64,000 nt of DNA from an uncultured virus (IMG/VR IMGVR_UViG_3300027832_000015) (Duplodnaviria; Heunggongvirae; Uroviricota; Caudoviricetes), in the IMG/VR virus record IMGVR_UViG_3300027832_000015, one strand, 5' to 3'. The notes below the pieces were generated by a model, which was given only the letters and a program-made list of their open reading frames with translations, was not told where the DNA came from and did no database searches. Below, piece by piece: positions 37,155 through 47,098 of this stretch. A program made the translations under genes and the position numbers. How positions within the stretch are numbered: position 1 is the first letter of the stretch; every line of letters starts with the position of its first letter.

Positions 37155-39152
37155 CTATTTACGTAAACGCCATGCCCGTCGTGCCTCGGCTTCAGCGACC
37201 TTGGAAGGAGAATTAGCCAGAAGATTTACAAAATGGCTAGTGACGGATGCTTTTACAACCGTATTCCTGATCTCGGGAGAAGAAATTCCGTACGAGGAAC
37301 GAATTTCCATTGTCAATTCTTCTCGCGACTGATCGACGATTGACCTGATTCGACCAAGAGCGGCATTCGCTGCCACGACCATTTCTTCGCTGAAGTTGAC
37401 AGACTTGCCTTCCATATTTTCCTTCATGATCGCCATAAGTACAGGACGAATGTCTTCGTCATATTGCTTGTACCAAACATCTGCTGGCATGAACATGTCG
37501 ACATCGAGAGTTCCTTCGAGCAACGCCTTCCTGCACTTCGACCCGGAAGCCTTCTCGATGACCACCCTTTGCTGACGCTCCATCAACCGCTCAATGCTTC
37601 GTTCAAGAATCTGAGTCCAACGCTCAAGCCCTTGTTCTTCCGCGACCTTGATTTCAATATTTTTGAATGCCGGGTCCGCCAATTGACCGTCCGGCTGTGC
37701 GGCAACAGCCGCTTGAGGTGACCCCTGCTCCGACGCCATTGATCCCTGCATCGTATTTGGATCCAATGGCGGCTGGTTCTGTGCAGCGACTTCACCCACC
37801 CCGCCCATCTCTGGGTCGCCGGACTGTTCTCCGCCCGGGTCGGCACCCGGAGGCATCCCGGGAACTCCCGGCTGAGGCCCGCCCATCTGCATCTCTGGCT
37901 TGGGCATTTCCTTTTCGGTATTGGCAACTGGCGTCAAGTTGGGGTTCATGAGCAGCGAGTCAGCAAGATCAGACTTGACCTTCTTCTTCCCTGTTGCCGT
38001 GCGGTATTCGTTGGGGCTAATGAGGCCCTGCTGGAGTTCCTGAAGCAAATACTGCTCTCGCTCCTGCTTGTAGATCACGAGGATCGGCACTTCACTGGTG
38101 TCGAAATCGATGTAATGCTCATCGTCGAGTTCATCCAGCGACCGGGCAAGCGGCTCCAAGTGCGGCATCATGGTTTCGATCCAGAAGACGCGGATTTCCT
38201 CTGCGGCATTCGAGAAAGTCCTGCCAGAAGCATTACCGATAACGGACTCCGGCACGCCGAAGGAGGCAAGGATCTCCTCCTTGGTTATTTGGCGCATCTG
38301 GATATAGGAAGCATCACGAGGGTTCGAAGATGTGTCCACGTAATCGACGCCATCTTCGGACGCGATTACCGTGGTTCCACCAACGCGACCAAGGTTTCCG
38401 CGGAAGCGGTTCGCAAGTTCTGCCTTGTCGTCCTCGTCAATGTCCCCCTTGAGGACCAGCAGGCCACCCGGACGTCCATCGTTGAGCAGGTAGTTCCGGT
38501 TGTAAAGTTTCGCCAAGTTCTCAATCTCGATAGCAACACCAGCGGATTCCATCGGAGTCAAGGAAAGGTATGGGTCAAGTGGGTGCGGTTTCCTGACCCA
38601 AATAACTTCACTAGGGGGAAGTATGATCTTGTCACCGCTTGGCATCGAAACCTCGTACCCGGAGACGAATGTCTTCGGGTCGGGGATGGGTGCCGTGTGC
38701 TGTGGCGGCAGGAGGTTGATGCCAATAATTCGCCCATCACGACCGCGAACTTTTTCGATAAAGGCCCCACGGCTACTCATCAGCAATTGCGACGACAAGC
38801 GGTAACGGAAAGCGAACGAATTTTCACCAATATTGCTCTTGACGTTCAGTAAATCAAGGACCGAGGAGTTTTTCGCCTTAGATTTGGTGACGATTTCGCC
38901 TTCGGGGTCATTGTTTTTACGTAGCACTACCGGCAGCCGGGCTTGGTTTCCGGCGATCGCATCAATACACCGAGACACCCATACGACTTTCGCCATACCT
39001 TCTCGGTACGCCCGCTCGATGTCCCACGAATCTCGATACGCCCTGCCTGCAAAGTTGACGTTATTGGCGACAGGTGCCCCCACGCCAACTTTGGCAGCCT
39101 TGCTCGCCGAGTTTCCACCAAGCGACTTATTCTCCGTTGAGTTCCATGCCAT
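37155..39152 (-). CDS. HK97-family portal protein with Pro/Gly-rich and helical C-terminal extension
   Basis: VSRCIDAIA...LP, NDGRPGG, EILASFGVPESVIG, ISPNEYR motifs. Confidence 0.94.
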   Translation of the reverse strand: MAWNSTENKSLGGNSASKAAKVGVGAPVANNVNFAGRAYRDSWDIERAYREGMAKVVWVSRCIDAIAGNQARLPVVLRKNNDPEGEIVTKSKAKNSSVLDLLNVKSNIGENSFAFRYRLSSQLLMSSRGAFIEKVRGRDGRIIGINLLPPQHTAPIPDPKTFVSGYEVSMPSGDKIILPPSEVIWVRKPHPLDPYLSLTPMESAGVAIEIENLAKLYNRNYLLNDGRPGGLLVLKGDIDEDDKAELANRFRGNLGRVGGTTVIASEDGVDYVDTSSNPRDASYIQMRQITKEEILASFGVPESVIGNASGRTFSNAAEEIRVFWIETMMPHLEPLARSLDELDDEHYIDFDTSEVPILVIYKQEREQYLLQELQQGLISPNEYRTATGKKKVKSDLADSLLMNPNLTPVANTEKEMPKPEMQMGGPQPGVPGMPPGADPGGEQSGDPEMGGVGEVAAQNQPPLDPNTMQGSMASEQGSPQAAVAAQPDGQLADPAFKNIEIKVAEEQGLERWTQILERSIERLMERQQRVVIEKASGSKCRKALLEGTLDVDMFMPADVWYKQYDEDIRPVLMAIMKENMEGKSVNFSEEMVVAANAALGRIRSIVDQSREELTMEIRSSYGISSPEIRNTVVKASVTSHFVNLLANSPSKVAEAEARRAWRLRK

Positions 39153-39154
39153 AC

Positions 39155-39373
39155 TTACTCAAGTCCTAGTAACAGGCCAAATGCGCCGCTCGCAACTCCA
39201 GCGACAACAAGCCCCCATCCCGTAGAAATGGAGATGGCGACACCTGCGCTGGTAAGCACTATAAATGATAGCATCAAGAGGTTGGCGGCATTCTTTCTAG
39301 TGAATAATCTTCGAAAAAAAATTGCCAGCCGCATTCTAATTATCGCGACCTTCTTCGGTCCTTCTTTAGGCAT
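39155..39373 (-). CDS. small two-helix membrane protein upstream of portal
   Basis: 72 aa, basic N-terminus, two hydrophobic segments. Confidence 0.7.
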   Translation of the reverse strand: MPKEGPKKVAIIRMRLAIFFRRLFTRKNAANLLMLSFIVLTSAGVAISISTGWGLVVAGVASGAFGLLLGLE

Positions 39374-39433
39374 GGGTCACAACTTAGCGCATCTTCCTAC
39401 AGTATGGTAGGAACAACCACGAAGAGGTAAGCA

Positions 39434-41866
39434 ATGGCCGAACCAGACTGGGGCAAGGTTCTGGAATACCTAGAACCCAAGAAGCCCCAATACTGCCCAG
39501 AAGAAGCATCGTTGACACAGAAGGTGTTCCTGCGGACATACGCCCTTGAGGCGTTTTTTGGCGGAGCAGCTGGTGGTGGGAAAGCTGTTTCGGTAGACAC
39601 ACCCATACCCACACCCGAAGGTTTCAAACCAATCAAGGACATCCACCCCGGCGACGAAATCTTTGGCCTAGACGGTAAACCATACTACGTCCTAGCCGAG
39701 TCTGAGATACACAAGAAGCCGACGTACCGTCTAACCTTTGACGACGGGTCCAGTGTCGCCGCCGCTGACGACCATGAATGGCTCACATACGACGCCAAAG
39801 ACATGGAAAGGCTCACCAAAGGAACCGACGAATACAGAGCTACCCGTAGAGCTACAAGAGAATCACGGGCCACTATGTCCCAAGGCCCCCGTAAATCGCT
39901 AGCCGTAGCCGAACGAAACAGGGTGGAATCCGCTAAGAATATCAAACCGCAACCTACCGGCAGCATCCGTACCACACAAGAAATTGTGGACACGCTCACG
40001 GTCCGCGGCGGGCGAGCTAACCACGCTATCCCTGTAGCCGCAGCTATCCAAACCCCACACGTAGACCTACCCATCGACCCCTACACGCTAGGGGCGTGGC
40101 TTGGAGACGGCTACTCTTCTGCTGGATCGATATGTGGCGAAGACCCTGAAATATGGGATGAGTGCCCATACGCAATCAAGTCTGTACGCCACCCCATTAC
40201 AGACAACGCCAACTATGCCATAGTCCTGTTTGACGGCTTAAGAACACTTCTACGAACTAATAACCTCCTCAACAACAAGCATATTCCTCACGCTTACCTG
40301 TGGGCCTCTGAAGAACAACGTGTCGCAATACTCCAAGGCCTCATGGACACTGACGGAAACGTGAATGGAGCTAGCGTCGAATTCGTAAACACAAACAAAA
40401 ACTTGGTAGAAGGCGTGGCGCATCTTGCACGCTCACTCGGAATGAAAGTTAATGTTCGAGAAGGACAGTCCACCCTTTACGGTATTGTAAAGGGACTCAA
40501 ATGGACGGTAAAGTTTGCTGCCAACAGGACTGTGTTCAAACTGGCACGAAAGGCCAACACGCAGAAAATTGCTGCACGCCGCACAAACAGGTTCCGCTAC
40601 ATCAAGGGTGTCGAACTTCTTGGGGACACCAACGTCAAATGTATCAAAGTTTCGTCCCCCGACAACCTGTTCCTATGCGACGAGCACTTTATCCCAACAC
40701 ACAATTCGTCGGCCCTTCTGATGGCTGCCCTTCAGTACGTCGACGTTCCGGGCTACAGCGCGATTCTCTTCCGTCGAACGTACGCCGACCTCGCTCTCCC
40801 CGGAGCCATCATGGACCGTTTTCAGTCGTGGCTCGCGAATGAAGAGGATGTCAGGTGGAACGCCAACAATTACACGGCGACCTTTCCTAGTGGTGCCCGC
40901 ATCACCTTCGGCTATCTAAACAATGTGAACGATTATTTACGCTATAAGGGATCAGAGTTTCAGTTTATTGGGGTGGACGAGGTGACGGAAATCAGGGAAT
41001 CTGATTACCGGTACCTATTCTCTCGCCTCCGTCGCCCGGCGAGCGGCCCGCTGGCAAAGGTTCCGCTGAGGATGAGGGCGGCATCAAACCCTGCTCCCAA
41101 CTGGGTCCGTCAACGGTTCATCGTTGAGGGAATGGCAGCTGGGAGAATTTTTGTCCCATCGAAACTTACCGACAACCCGGGAATTGACGCAGAGTCGTAC
41201 CGTCAGTCACTGAGTGAGCTTGATCCCGTCGAGCGACGTCGGCTAGAAGAGGGCGATTGGTGGTCGACGACCCTTGGCTCGCTGTTCGAGAGGGAGAGTA
41301 TCGTCCTGCTGGACCCTCACGAAGTGCCAGAAATTACGTCGGCGGCAAGGGCTGTTCGTTTTTGGGACTTGGCGGCATCGGAGCCATCTCCCTCTTATCC
41401 TGATCCGGACTGGACGGTCGGAACCTTGATGCTTTTCGATAAAGGGATCGCCCATATTTTGGATGTCCAGAGGGCGAGGGTGAAGGGCGAGAAGGTCGAG
41501 CAGCTGATCGCCCAGACCGCATACGAGGATGGTCACGCCGTTGCGATCAGGATGGAGCAGGAGCCGGGTTCGGCGGGCAAGGCGCTGGTGGATCAGTACG
41601 CCCGATATGTGCTTTCCGGTTTCGACTTTGGGGGGATTCGCTCGACGGGAGATAAATTGACTCGCGCTCGTCCGTTTGCTGCCGCGGTTGCAAATGGGAA
41701 CGTGCGCTGTGTAAGATCAGTGTGGCTGACGGATTGGCTTGACGAATTGTCATCCTTTCCTGAAGCCGCGAACCACGACGACCAAGTCGACTCCGCTGTC
41801 GGCGCTTTTACATTTTTAACCGGATTGGGTTTGCCTCAGCGGAAAAGAATCGCTATAGTCGTCTAG
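39434..41866 (+). CDS. terL: terminase large subunit (intein-interrupted)
   Basis: Walker A GGAAGGGK|S, Walker B FIGVDEV, ASNP, nuclease WDLA...EQEPG...HDDQVDS. Confidence 0.96.
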   Translation: MAEPDWGKVLEYLEPKKPQYCPEEASLTQKVFLRTYALEAFFGGAAGGGKAVSVDTPIPTPEGFKPIKDIHPGDEIFGLDGKPYYVLAESEIHKKPTYRLTFDDGSSVAAADDHEWLTYDAKDMERLTKGTDEYRATRRATRESRATMSQGPRKSLAVAERNRVESAKNIKPQPTGSIRTTQEIVDTLTVRGGRANHAIPVAAAIQTPHVDLPIDPYTLGAWLGDGYSSAGSICGEDPEIWDECPYAIKSVRHPITDNANYAIVLFDGLRTLLRTNNLLNNKHIPHAYLWASEEQRVAILQGLMDTDGNVNGASVEFVNTNKNLVEGVAHLARSLGMKVNVREGQSTLYGIVKGLKWTVKFAANRTVFKLARKANTQKIAARRTNRFRYIKGVELLGDTNVKCIKVSSPDNLFLCDEHFIPTHNSSALLMAALQYVDVPGYSAILFRRTYADLALPGAIMDRFQSWLANEEDVRWNANNYTATFPSGARITFGYLNNVNDYLRYKGSEFQFIGVDEVTEIRESDYRYLFSRLRRPASGPLAKVPLRMRAASNPAPNWVRQRFIVEGMAAGRIFVPSKLTDNPGIDAESYRQSLSELDPVERRRLEEGDWWSTTLGSLFERESIVLLDPHEVPEITSAARAVRFWDLAASEPSPSYPDPDWTVGTLMLFDKGIAHILDVQRARVKGEKVEQLIAQTAYEDGHAVAIRMEQEPGSAGKALVDQYARYVLSGFDFGGIRSTGDKLTRARPFAAAVANGNVRCVRSVWLTDWLDELSSFPEAANHDDQVDSAVGAFTFLTGLGLPQRKRIAIVV
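39584..40705 (+). mobile_element. 374-aa Ala-start (class 3-type) intein with LAGLIDADG homing endonuclease
   Basis: Starts AVSVDTPIPTPEG, ends PTHN before Ser; DHEW, VKCIKV, PTHN give the Trp/Cys/Thr triad; LGAWLGDG and LQGLMDTDG. Confidence 0.93.
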
Positions 41867-41901
41867 TAATCCACCCACTCCAACTACTACCGGAGACATA
41901 A

Positions 41902-42402
41902 ATGACTACTAACCCGATTGAGGACGTGAAGACTCTTCGTCGCCTCATCATGACACTTGACAAAATCGTCACCGATTACATCGAGGGAGATCCGGACCCA
42001 GCCGAAGCAGCCGGTCTGTTCCTTGAAATGAACCTCGCAAAGCTCGACGTTTCATACCTGTATTCGTCCGTCGAGGGTCGATTGATCTCTCTCTTGAAGG
42101 ACGACATCATGACGTTGCGTGACGGAGCCATAATCGAGCGCAGGACCGCTTCGTCTCGAACCAAATGGCAGCACAAAGAGATTGCGTCAGCCGTAGTTGA
42201 CCGCATCATCCGCTCGTCCGTCGACGTCGATACCGGTGAAGTGATGCTCGCTCCGACGGATATCGCCATGAAAATTCTGGACTATGTCCAGCCTTCGTAC
42301 TGGCGTGCAAAAAAACTCGGAGAAATTGGGATCAACCCAGACATGTACTGCGAGTCCGAACACAAAACCAACATCGTCGTTCGAAAGGGGAACGCAGAAT
42401 GA
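41902..42402 (+). CDS. hypothetical protein
   Basis: 166 aa after GGAG RBS, coupled to the recombinase gene. Confidence 0.8.
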   Translation: MTTNPIEDVKTLRRLIMTLDKIVTDYIEGDPDPAEAAGLFLEMNLAKLDVSYLYSSVEGRLISLLKDDIMTLRDGAIIERRTASSRTKWQHKEIASAVVDRIIRSSVDVDTGEVMLAPTDIAMKILDYVQPSYWRAKKLGEIGINPDMYCESEHKTNIVVRKGNAE

Positions 42403-43064
42403 CCGTCAGTCACCTACTCCAACAATTTTCGGAACCATTTCCGAAAGAAGTTGAACGAAGCCTCAAAAAGGGTGGAGTCAACCTCATCTACATCCCAGTC
42501 AGCGAAGTGATCACTCGCCTCAATAATGTTCTGGGTCCTGACAACTGGACCTCGGAAATCATCCGTTGCGAACGCGATTCGCTTGATCCCGAGTTCGTCG
42601 TCGCCCATGTCCGACTTGTCATAACATTCGAGGGCGAAGACGGCTTCCAGAAAATGGTTGCAAAGGATGGCGTCGGAGGTCAGAAGATTAAGCGCACGAA
42701 GCAGGGCGACATTGTCGACCTTGGTGACGAATTCAAGGGCGCTGTTTCCGATGCTCTCAAAAAAACCGCCCAGCAGTTAGGCATCGGTCTCTACCTTGCT
42801 CGCACCGGCGAGTCTCTAGCCATCGAAGTCGAAGCGTCGCGTCCTGTTATCGACGAAGCAACAGTTGAGTTGTGGACCAAATTCTTGGGCTACACGAAAG
42901 AGATGAACGCTGACCAAAAGGCCGAGTTGGGTAACGTTTGGTCGGAGTTCTCTGACGGAGCACCAAAACCGACCCTCGATACGGCTACGGCAGAAGATTT
43001 GGAGTTCCTGATCGTTGAGTCCACCCGCATCTCGCTTGGGGGCGAATGGACTGAACAGGAATGA
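42399..43064 (+). CDS. Rad52/Rad22-like (Sak) single-strand annealing protein
   Basis: YIPVSEVITRLNNVLG...W, KGAVSDALKK.A..LGIGLYL. Confidence 0.88.
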   Translation: MTVSHLLQQFSEPFPKEVERSLKKGGVNLIYIPVSEVITRLNNVLGPDNWTSEIIRCERDSLDPEFVVAHVRLVITFEGEDGFQKMVAKDGVGGQKIKRTKQGDIVDLGDEFKGAVSDALKKTAQQLGIGLYLARTGESLAIEVEASRPVIDEATVELWTKFLGYTKEMNADQKAELGNVWSEFSDGAPKPTLDTATAEDLEFLIVESTRISLGGEWTEQE

Positions 43065-43846
43065 CGAATTTGGTGGTCGAGCCACTCGTTCCCCCTCCGC
43101 ATCTTTCTCCATCGTCAATGGGGACGTTCAATCAGTGCCCGCAGAAATTTAGGTACAGCAAGATTGAACAAATATCCGATGAGCCAACTTCTGCAACCCT
43201 GATGGGCAACTTCGTACACGAAGTCCTCGAATATTTTTACGCCGCCCAAAGCGAACACAGGACAATCGGAACGCTTAAGACTTTGGCGAGTACAACGTGG
43301 GAGAAGAGCGATTGGCTGGATCGAGTCACCCCTTGGATCGGCAATGACGCTGAAGTGATCAGAATGTTCCGTTGGAACTCTTGGTGGTGTCTGGAAAACA
43401 TCTTCAAGGTCGAACAACCAGAGACCGTAGATCCAACCTATATCGAATACGAACTGAATGGCGATCTCGCAGGGGTGAGGTTGAAGGGATTCATTGACCG
43501 TCTGACGATCAACGACACAGAGACGGTCATCGCCGATTACAAGACAGGCAAAACTCCGCAACCGAAGTGGGTTGCCGACAAGTTTTTGCAGTTGAAGATT
43601 TATGGTTCCCTAACTGTCGAACTTGGTGTTGGGCGACCCGATTATCTTTCCCTGTTGTATCTAAAAGACGGAACCCTTTTCCGTCACGAATTCACGGATG
43701 ACGACATCGAGGAGACTCGCGTCTACGTCAGGACAACAAAAGATGCCATCGATAAGGCGTGCGCCACTCACGAGTTCGAAACCCGAAAGTCACGATTGTG
43801 TGACTGGTGCGCATACAAGCGCATCTGCCCAGCATGGAGACGTTAA
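43061..43846 (+). CDS. RecB/Cas4-like PD-(D/E)xK exonuclease
   Basis: LSPS...CP, GFIDRL, DYKTGK, QLKIY, CDWCAYKRICP. Confidence 0.92.
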   Translation: MTNLVVEPLVPPPHLSPSSMGTFNQCPQKFRYSKIEQISDEPTSATLMGNFVHEVLEYFYAAQSEHRTIGTLKTLASTTWEKSDWLDRVTPWIGNDAEVIRMFRWNSWWCLENIFKVEQPETVDPTYIEYELNGDLAGVRLKGFIDRLTINDTETVIADYKTGKTPQPKWVADKFLQLKIYGSLTVELGVGRPDYLSLLYLKDGTLFRHEFTDDDIEETRVYVRTTKDAIDKACATHEFETRKSRLCDWCAYKRICPAWRR

Positions 43847-44349
43847 TGCTTACCGATGACATTTTTGCGCAGATGGTCGCCGAGGAAGTGAAGAACAAAC
43901 TTACACCATCGCGAAGATCAGAGTTGATGCAAAAAGAGAATTGGGACAGGTGGAAGCGCGCCCTAGGAGGTCTCATGAACAACATCAACGAACAGATCGA
44001 CTCCCTAAAAATTGACGCCGAGGCGGACCATTCCCGCTATCGGGCAATGGGTAGCGATGGCAAGAATCTTGTGGAGATGGCGGAGGCTGCATATTCGCAG
44101 CGGTTAAAGAAAATCAATCGCTTTAGATTCCATGTAGAGAATCGTCTCGCTCAAGTTGACAGCATGATTCAGGGTAAGGGATTGGTTGAGGAGGCGTCAT
44201 CTAATGATGTCGAGTTCTACAGGAACGCGATTGAAGAGCATCGAAAGCTGCTAGACCAGCACGACATAGAGGCAACGGCGGTGGATAAAGCCCTGTGGGC
44301 GGCTCTTGAGCGCAGATGGGAATTCGATCAGATTAAGGTGGATTGGTAA
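43846..44349 (+). CDS. hypothetical coiled-coil protein
   Basis: ATG 43846 overlapping the upstream stop (TAATG). Confidence 0.8.
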   Translation: MLTDDIFAQMVAEEVKNKLTPSRRSELMQKENWDRWKRALGGLMNNINEQIDSLKIDAEADHSRYRAMGSDGKNLVEMAEAAYSQRLKKINRFRFHVENRLAQVDSMIQGKGLVEEASSNDVEFYRNAIEEHRKLLDQHDIEATAVDKALWAALERRWEFDQIKVDW

Positions 44350-44702
44350 TGAAAAGAACTCCCTTGAATAAGAAATCCTCCCTAAAGCGAAGTGGCTTTT
44401 CTCGCCGCCGGAGCAAGAAAATGGAGGAGACTTACAAGGAGCGTCGAAAGCTGGTGGAACGCATGTTGGGCGAGCAGCCGTATTGCCAAGCGTGCCCTGT
44501 TTTCGCCAGACATGATGGAGTTGCTACATATGTCAGGAATGGGAGCGTTGACATCCATGAACTTGTTCGACGAAGTCAGGGTGGATCGATCTTGGATGAG
44601 TCGAACTGTATGGCTGTGTGTCGGCCTTGTCATATGCGTATTGGAAATAACCCACAACTTGCTTTCGATTTAGGTCTCGCTAAAAAGAGTTGGGAAAGAT
44701 GA
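44349..44702 (+). CDS. HNH endonuclease-like protein
   Basis: CQAC...DIHE...RSQGG...NCMAVCRPCH. Confidence 0.82.
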   Translation: MKRTPLNKKSSLKRSGFSRRRSKKMEETYKERRKLVERMLGEQPYCQACPVFARHDGVATYVRNGSVDIHELVRRSQGGSILDESNCMAVCRPCHMRIGNNPQLAFDLGLAKKSWER

Positions 44703-45211
44703 TTCCTTTAGGTATCGATCCTTCGCTTACGTCATCTGGTTTCTGTGTTGGGGACAAGATGTTTAGCTATAACCCTAAAACGAAAGGCGTGGAGAGACTT
44801 ATCGAGATCCGGGATTTGATGATTTCGCTGATCGAAGATGAATCTGTTGATGCCGTAGTAATCGAAGGTTACGCCTTTGGCGCACGCAACTCTCATGCGC
44901 ATGGGCTTGGAGAACTTGGCGGAGTGCTGCGGGTTGCTGTACGCGAAGCAGATATTTGCTTGGTGGACGTCCCACCCACTCTTCGCGCGAAGTTTGCTAC
45001 TGGTAGAGGAAACGCAAGTAAATCTGAGGTCGTCAGCGCCGTTTCTGCTCGAACCGGAATCCTTTTCGAGGGCAGAGGCGCTGATGACATGTGTGACGCT
45101 TGGCTGTTTAGGGAGATGGCGTGGGCGGCGAAGGGTAGAAGCAAATATGAGTGGCCAAAACTGAACTTGGACGCTTTGGAAAAAATTGACTGGACCGAAC
45201 TTCCATTTTAA
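44699..45211 (+). CDS. ruvC: RuvC-like Holliday junction resolvase
   Basis: LGIDPSLTSSG, VVIEG, FATGRGNASK, DMCDA. Confidence 0.9.
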   Translation: MIPLGIDPSLTSSGFCVGDKMFSYNPKTKGVERLIEIRDLMISLIEDESVDAVVIEGYAFGARNSHAHGLGELGGVLRVAVREADICLVDVPPTLRAKFATGRGNASKSEVVSAVSARTGILFEGRGADDMCDAWLFREMAWAAKGRSKYEWPKLNLDALEKIDWTELPF

Positions 45212-45219
45212 GGAGCATT

Positions 45220-45564
45220 ATGAACAGGCGATCACAACCTATTAGTCAAGTTGAGATTGAAGAAAGTCTTTTGCGTCTCGTAGACGATCTGGAAGATGAG
45301 ACTGAAGCATTCGAAGTCCTCTCAGAAGATCTCGCAAAGAAAGAGTCGCTCTACAAAGCAAATTGGGCGAAAGAGTACCTTGGTGCAAAAGGCTCCATCA
45401 AGGAACGCGAGTCATGGGCTGATTACAAAATGGCTGACGCTCACTACGACTACAAGATTGCCGAGGCTCTACTGAAGGCAAAGCGTGAAAAATTGTTGTC
45501 GTTGCGGACGGCTATCGACGCCATGAGAACACTGAATGCAAATGTTCGCGCTCAGGTTGTGTGA
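45220..45564 (+). CDS. helical hypothetical protein
   Basis: 114 aa after AAGGAG RBS. Confidence 0.8.
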   Translation: MNRRSQPISQVEIEESLLRLVDDLEDETEAFEVLSEDLAKKESLYKANWAKEYLGAKGSIKERESWADYKMADAHYDYKIAEALLKAKREKLLSLRTAIDAMRTLNANVRAQVV

Positions 45565-46181
45565 TGAGTTCTGATCGTTACAACTCGTTCCCTATAGTGT
45601 CGCTGAATGGGTACGTTGCAGATTTAAGTTCCGGCTACGGCATCAAAAATGACGTAATTGTTTCTCAGATCATCGACTATGACCAAGTGGTTGATCCAAC
45701 CGGAAAGATGTCGCTAGAGAACAACCACACCTATTACGAGGACAACCTTCTCCCTGACACCGAAGAAATAGAGCATCTGAAGAGTGTCATCGTTGAAATC
45801 ATGTCGGACATAACCGGGCGAGATTATCTGATCACCGAAAGTTGGTCGATCATTCTCGAATCGGGCCAATCGATATCCGCTCACTCTCATAACGTCCACG
45901 CCGCGGTCGACCTGAACGAATATTTCGCTTTTGCATACTATCCGTTCGCTCCCGCCGGGTCGTGCTCCCTGCAGTTTCTTTCGACCCACAGCAACACGAT
46001 CAGCACGACTGTTTCAGCGGGAATCAAAACTGGGACTTTGTTGATCTTCAACTCCTACCTCCTCCACTGGACCAACCGTCAAATGGGTGGATCGGACAGG
46101 GTCAGCGTGAGTGGCAATCTTGCTCCAGTTTCCCCGACTACGGTGCCAATGGACGACTGGTCGAAATACTCTAAAGGATAA
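45564..46181 (+). CDS. putative 2OG-Fe(II) oxygenase
   Basis: SW...HSH...YY...LLIFNSYLLH...RVSVSGN. Confidence 0.8.
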   Translation: MSSDRYNSFPIVSLNGYVADLSSGYGIKNDVIVSQIIDYDQVVDPTGKMSLENNHTYYEDNLLPDTEEIEHLKSVIVEIMSDITGRDYLITESWSIILESGQSISAHSHNVHAAVDLNEYFAFAYYPFAPAGSCSLQFLSTHSNTISTTVSAGIKTGTLLIFNSYLLHWTNRQMGGSDRVSVSGNLAPVSPTTVPMDDWSKYSKG

Positions 46182-46191
46182 ATACTTAGCC

Positions 46192-46977
46192 ATGATTGAA
46201 AACATCGATAAATCTCTCAAAAGTTTACTCGTCGACATCGACGGCCTTCGCCCCTTGGAAGGTAATCCTCGAAAGGGAAACGTGGATGCGATCATGGCGT
46301 CGTACCGAGAGTTCGGTCAGATGAAACCCATCGTGATTCACGTAAGTGACGATGGTTCCAAAACCGTGAAAACCGTGATTGCGGGCAACCATCAGTTGGA
46401 GGCGGCGCGACGACTGGGCTGGACGCAAATAGCGGCCGTCCAAATGGATGTCGATCCAGAAAAAGCCGTAGCGTTTGCTCTTGCTGACAATAGGACGACG
46501 GAAATGGGTCACAGCGATTCCGCTCTCGTCTACGATTTGATGCAGACGATTCAAGAGTCCGACTACGATGATCTTTTTGAAAATCTTGGGTGGGACGAAT
46601 TCGAAATTGCTGTTCTCGAAGAATTTTCCTACAGCCAGTCAGGCGATGTTGCTTCCTCTGGCGGTTTCACGCCGCCGGTAATCACTGTTCCGGATCCCTT
46701 CCAGTTCAACGTTGAGCCCGCCGTTGACGGCGAGGAAGCGCGAATCGTTGCTGGCCCAGACGTCGACCACAAGCAGGTCGCGATTCAAGGGAGTACCGTG
46801 GCATCGCCGGGCTCTGCACCTCAAGCGGTCGTTCAATACACACTTGTTTTTGATGACCCGGCCCAGCAGCGACGATGGTACGACTTTATTCGTTGGCTGC
46901 GGAACGACGTTGGTTACGACGGTGACACTACGGCTCAAAAAATAATTTCGTTCATCGATGCGCACTCGGAAGTGTGA
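46192..46977 (+). CDS. ParB-like N-terminal domain protein
   Basis: GNPRKGN...FGQMKPIV...IAGNH.LEAA..LGW...ADNRT; likely start MIENIDK at 46192. Confidence 0.88.
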   Translation: MIENIDKSLKSLLVDIDGLRPLEGNPRKGNVDAIMASYREFGQMKPIVIHVSDDGSKTVKTVIAGNHQLEAARRLGWTQIAAVQMDVDPEKAVAFALADNRTTEMGHSDSALVYDLMQTIQESDYDDLFENLGWDEFEIAVLEEFSYSQSGDVASSGGFTPPVITVPDPFQFNVEPAVDGEEARIVAGPDVDHKQVAIQGSTVASPGSAPQAVVQYTLVFDDPAQQRRWYDFIRWLRNDVGYDGDTTAQKIISFIDAHSEV

Positions 46978-46978
46978 T

Positions 46979-47098
46979 GTGGTTTACGAATATGGATTTG
47001 TTGAACTCGATGACGCGATGGCAGATGAAGCATTCTTCAAGAAAAAAACTCCGGTAACATTTGCATCTTGGGTGGGAAACGGTACAGTTGGTCCATGA
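46979..47098 (+). CDS. 39-aa hypothetical protein
   Basis: GTG-start ORF filling the gap; stop overlaps the next ATG. Confidence 0.4.
   Translation: MVYEYGFVELDDAMADEAFFKKKTPVTFASWVGNGTVGP

Noticed and set aside
15264..39225. Numerous plus-strand ORFs of 60-245 aa opposite the head operon
   Set aside because: Antisense shadows of long minus-strand genes with no recognisable motifs
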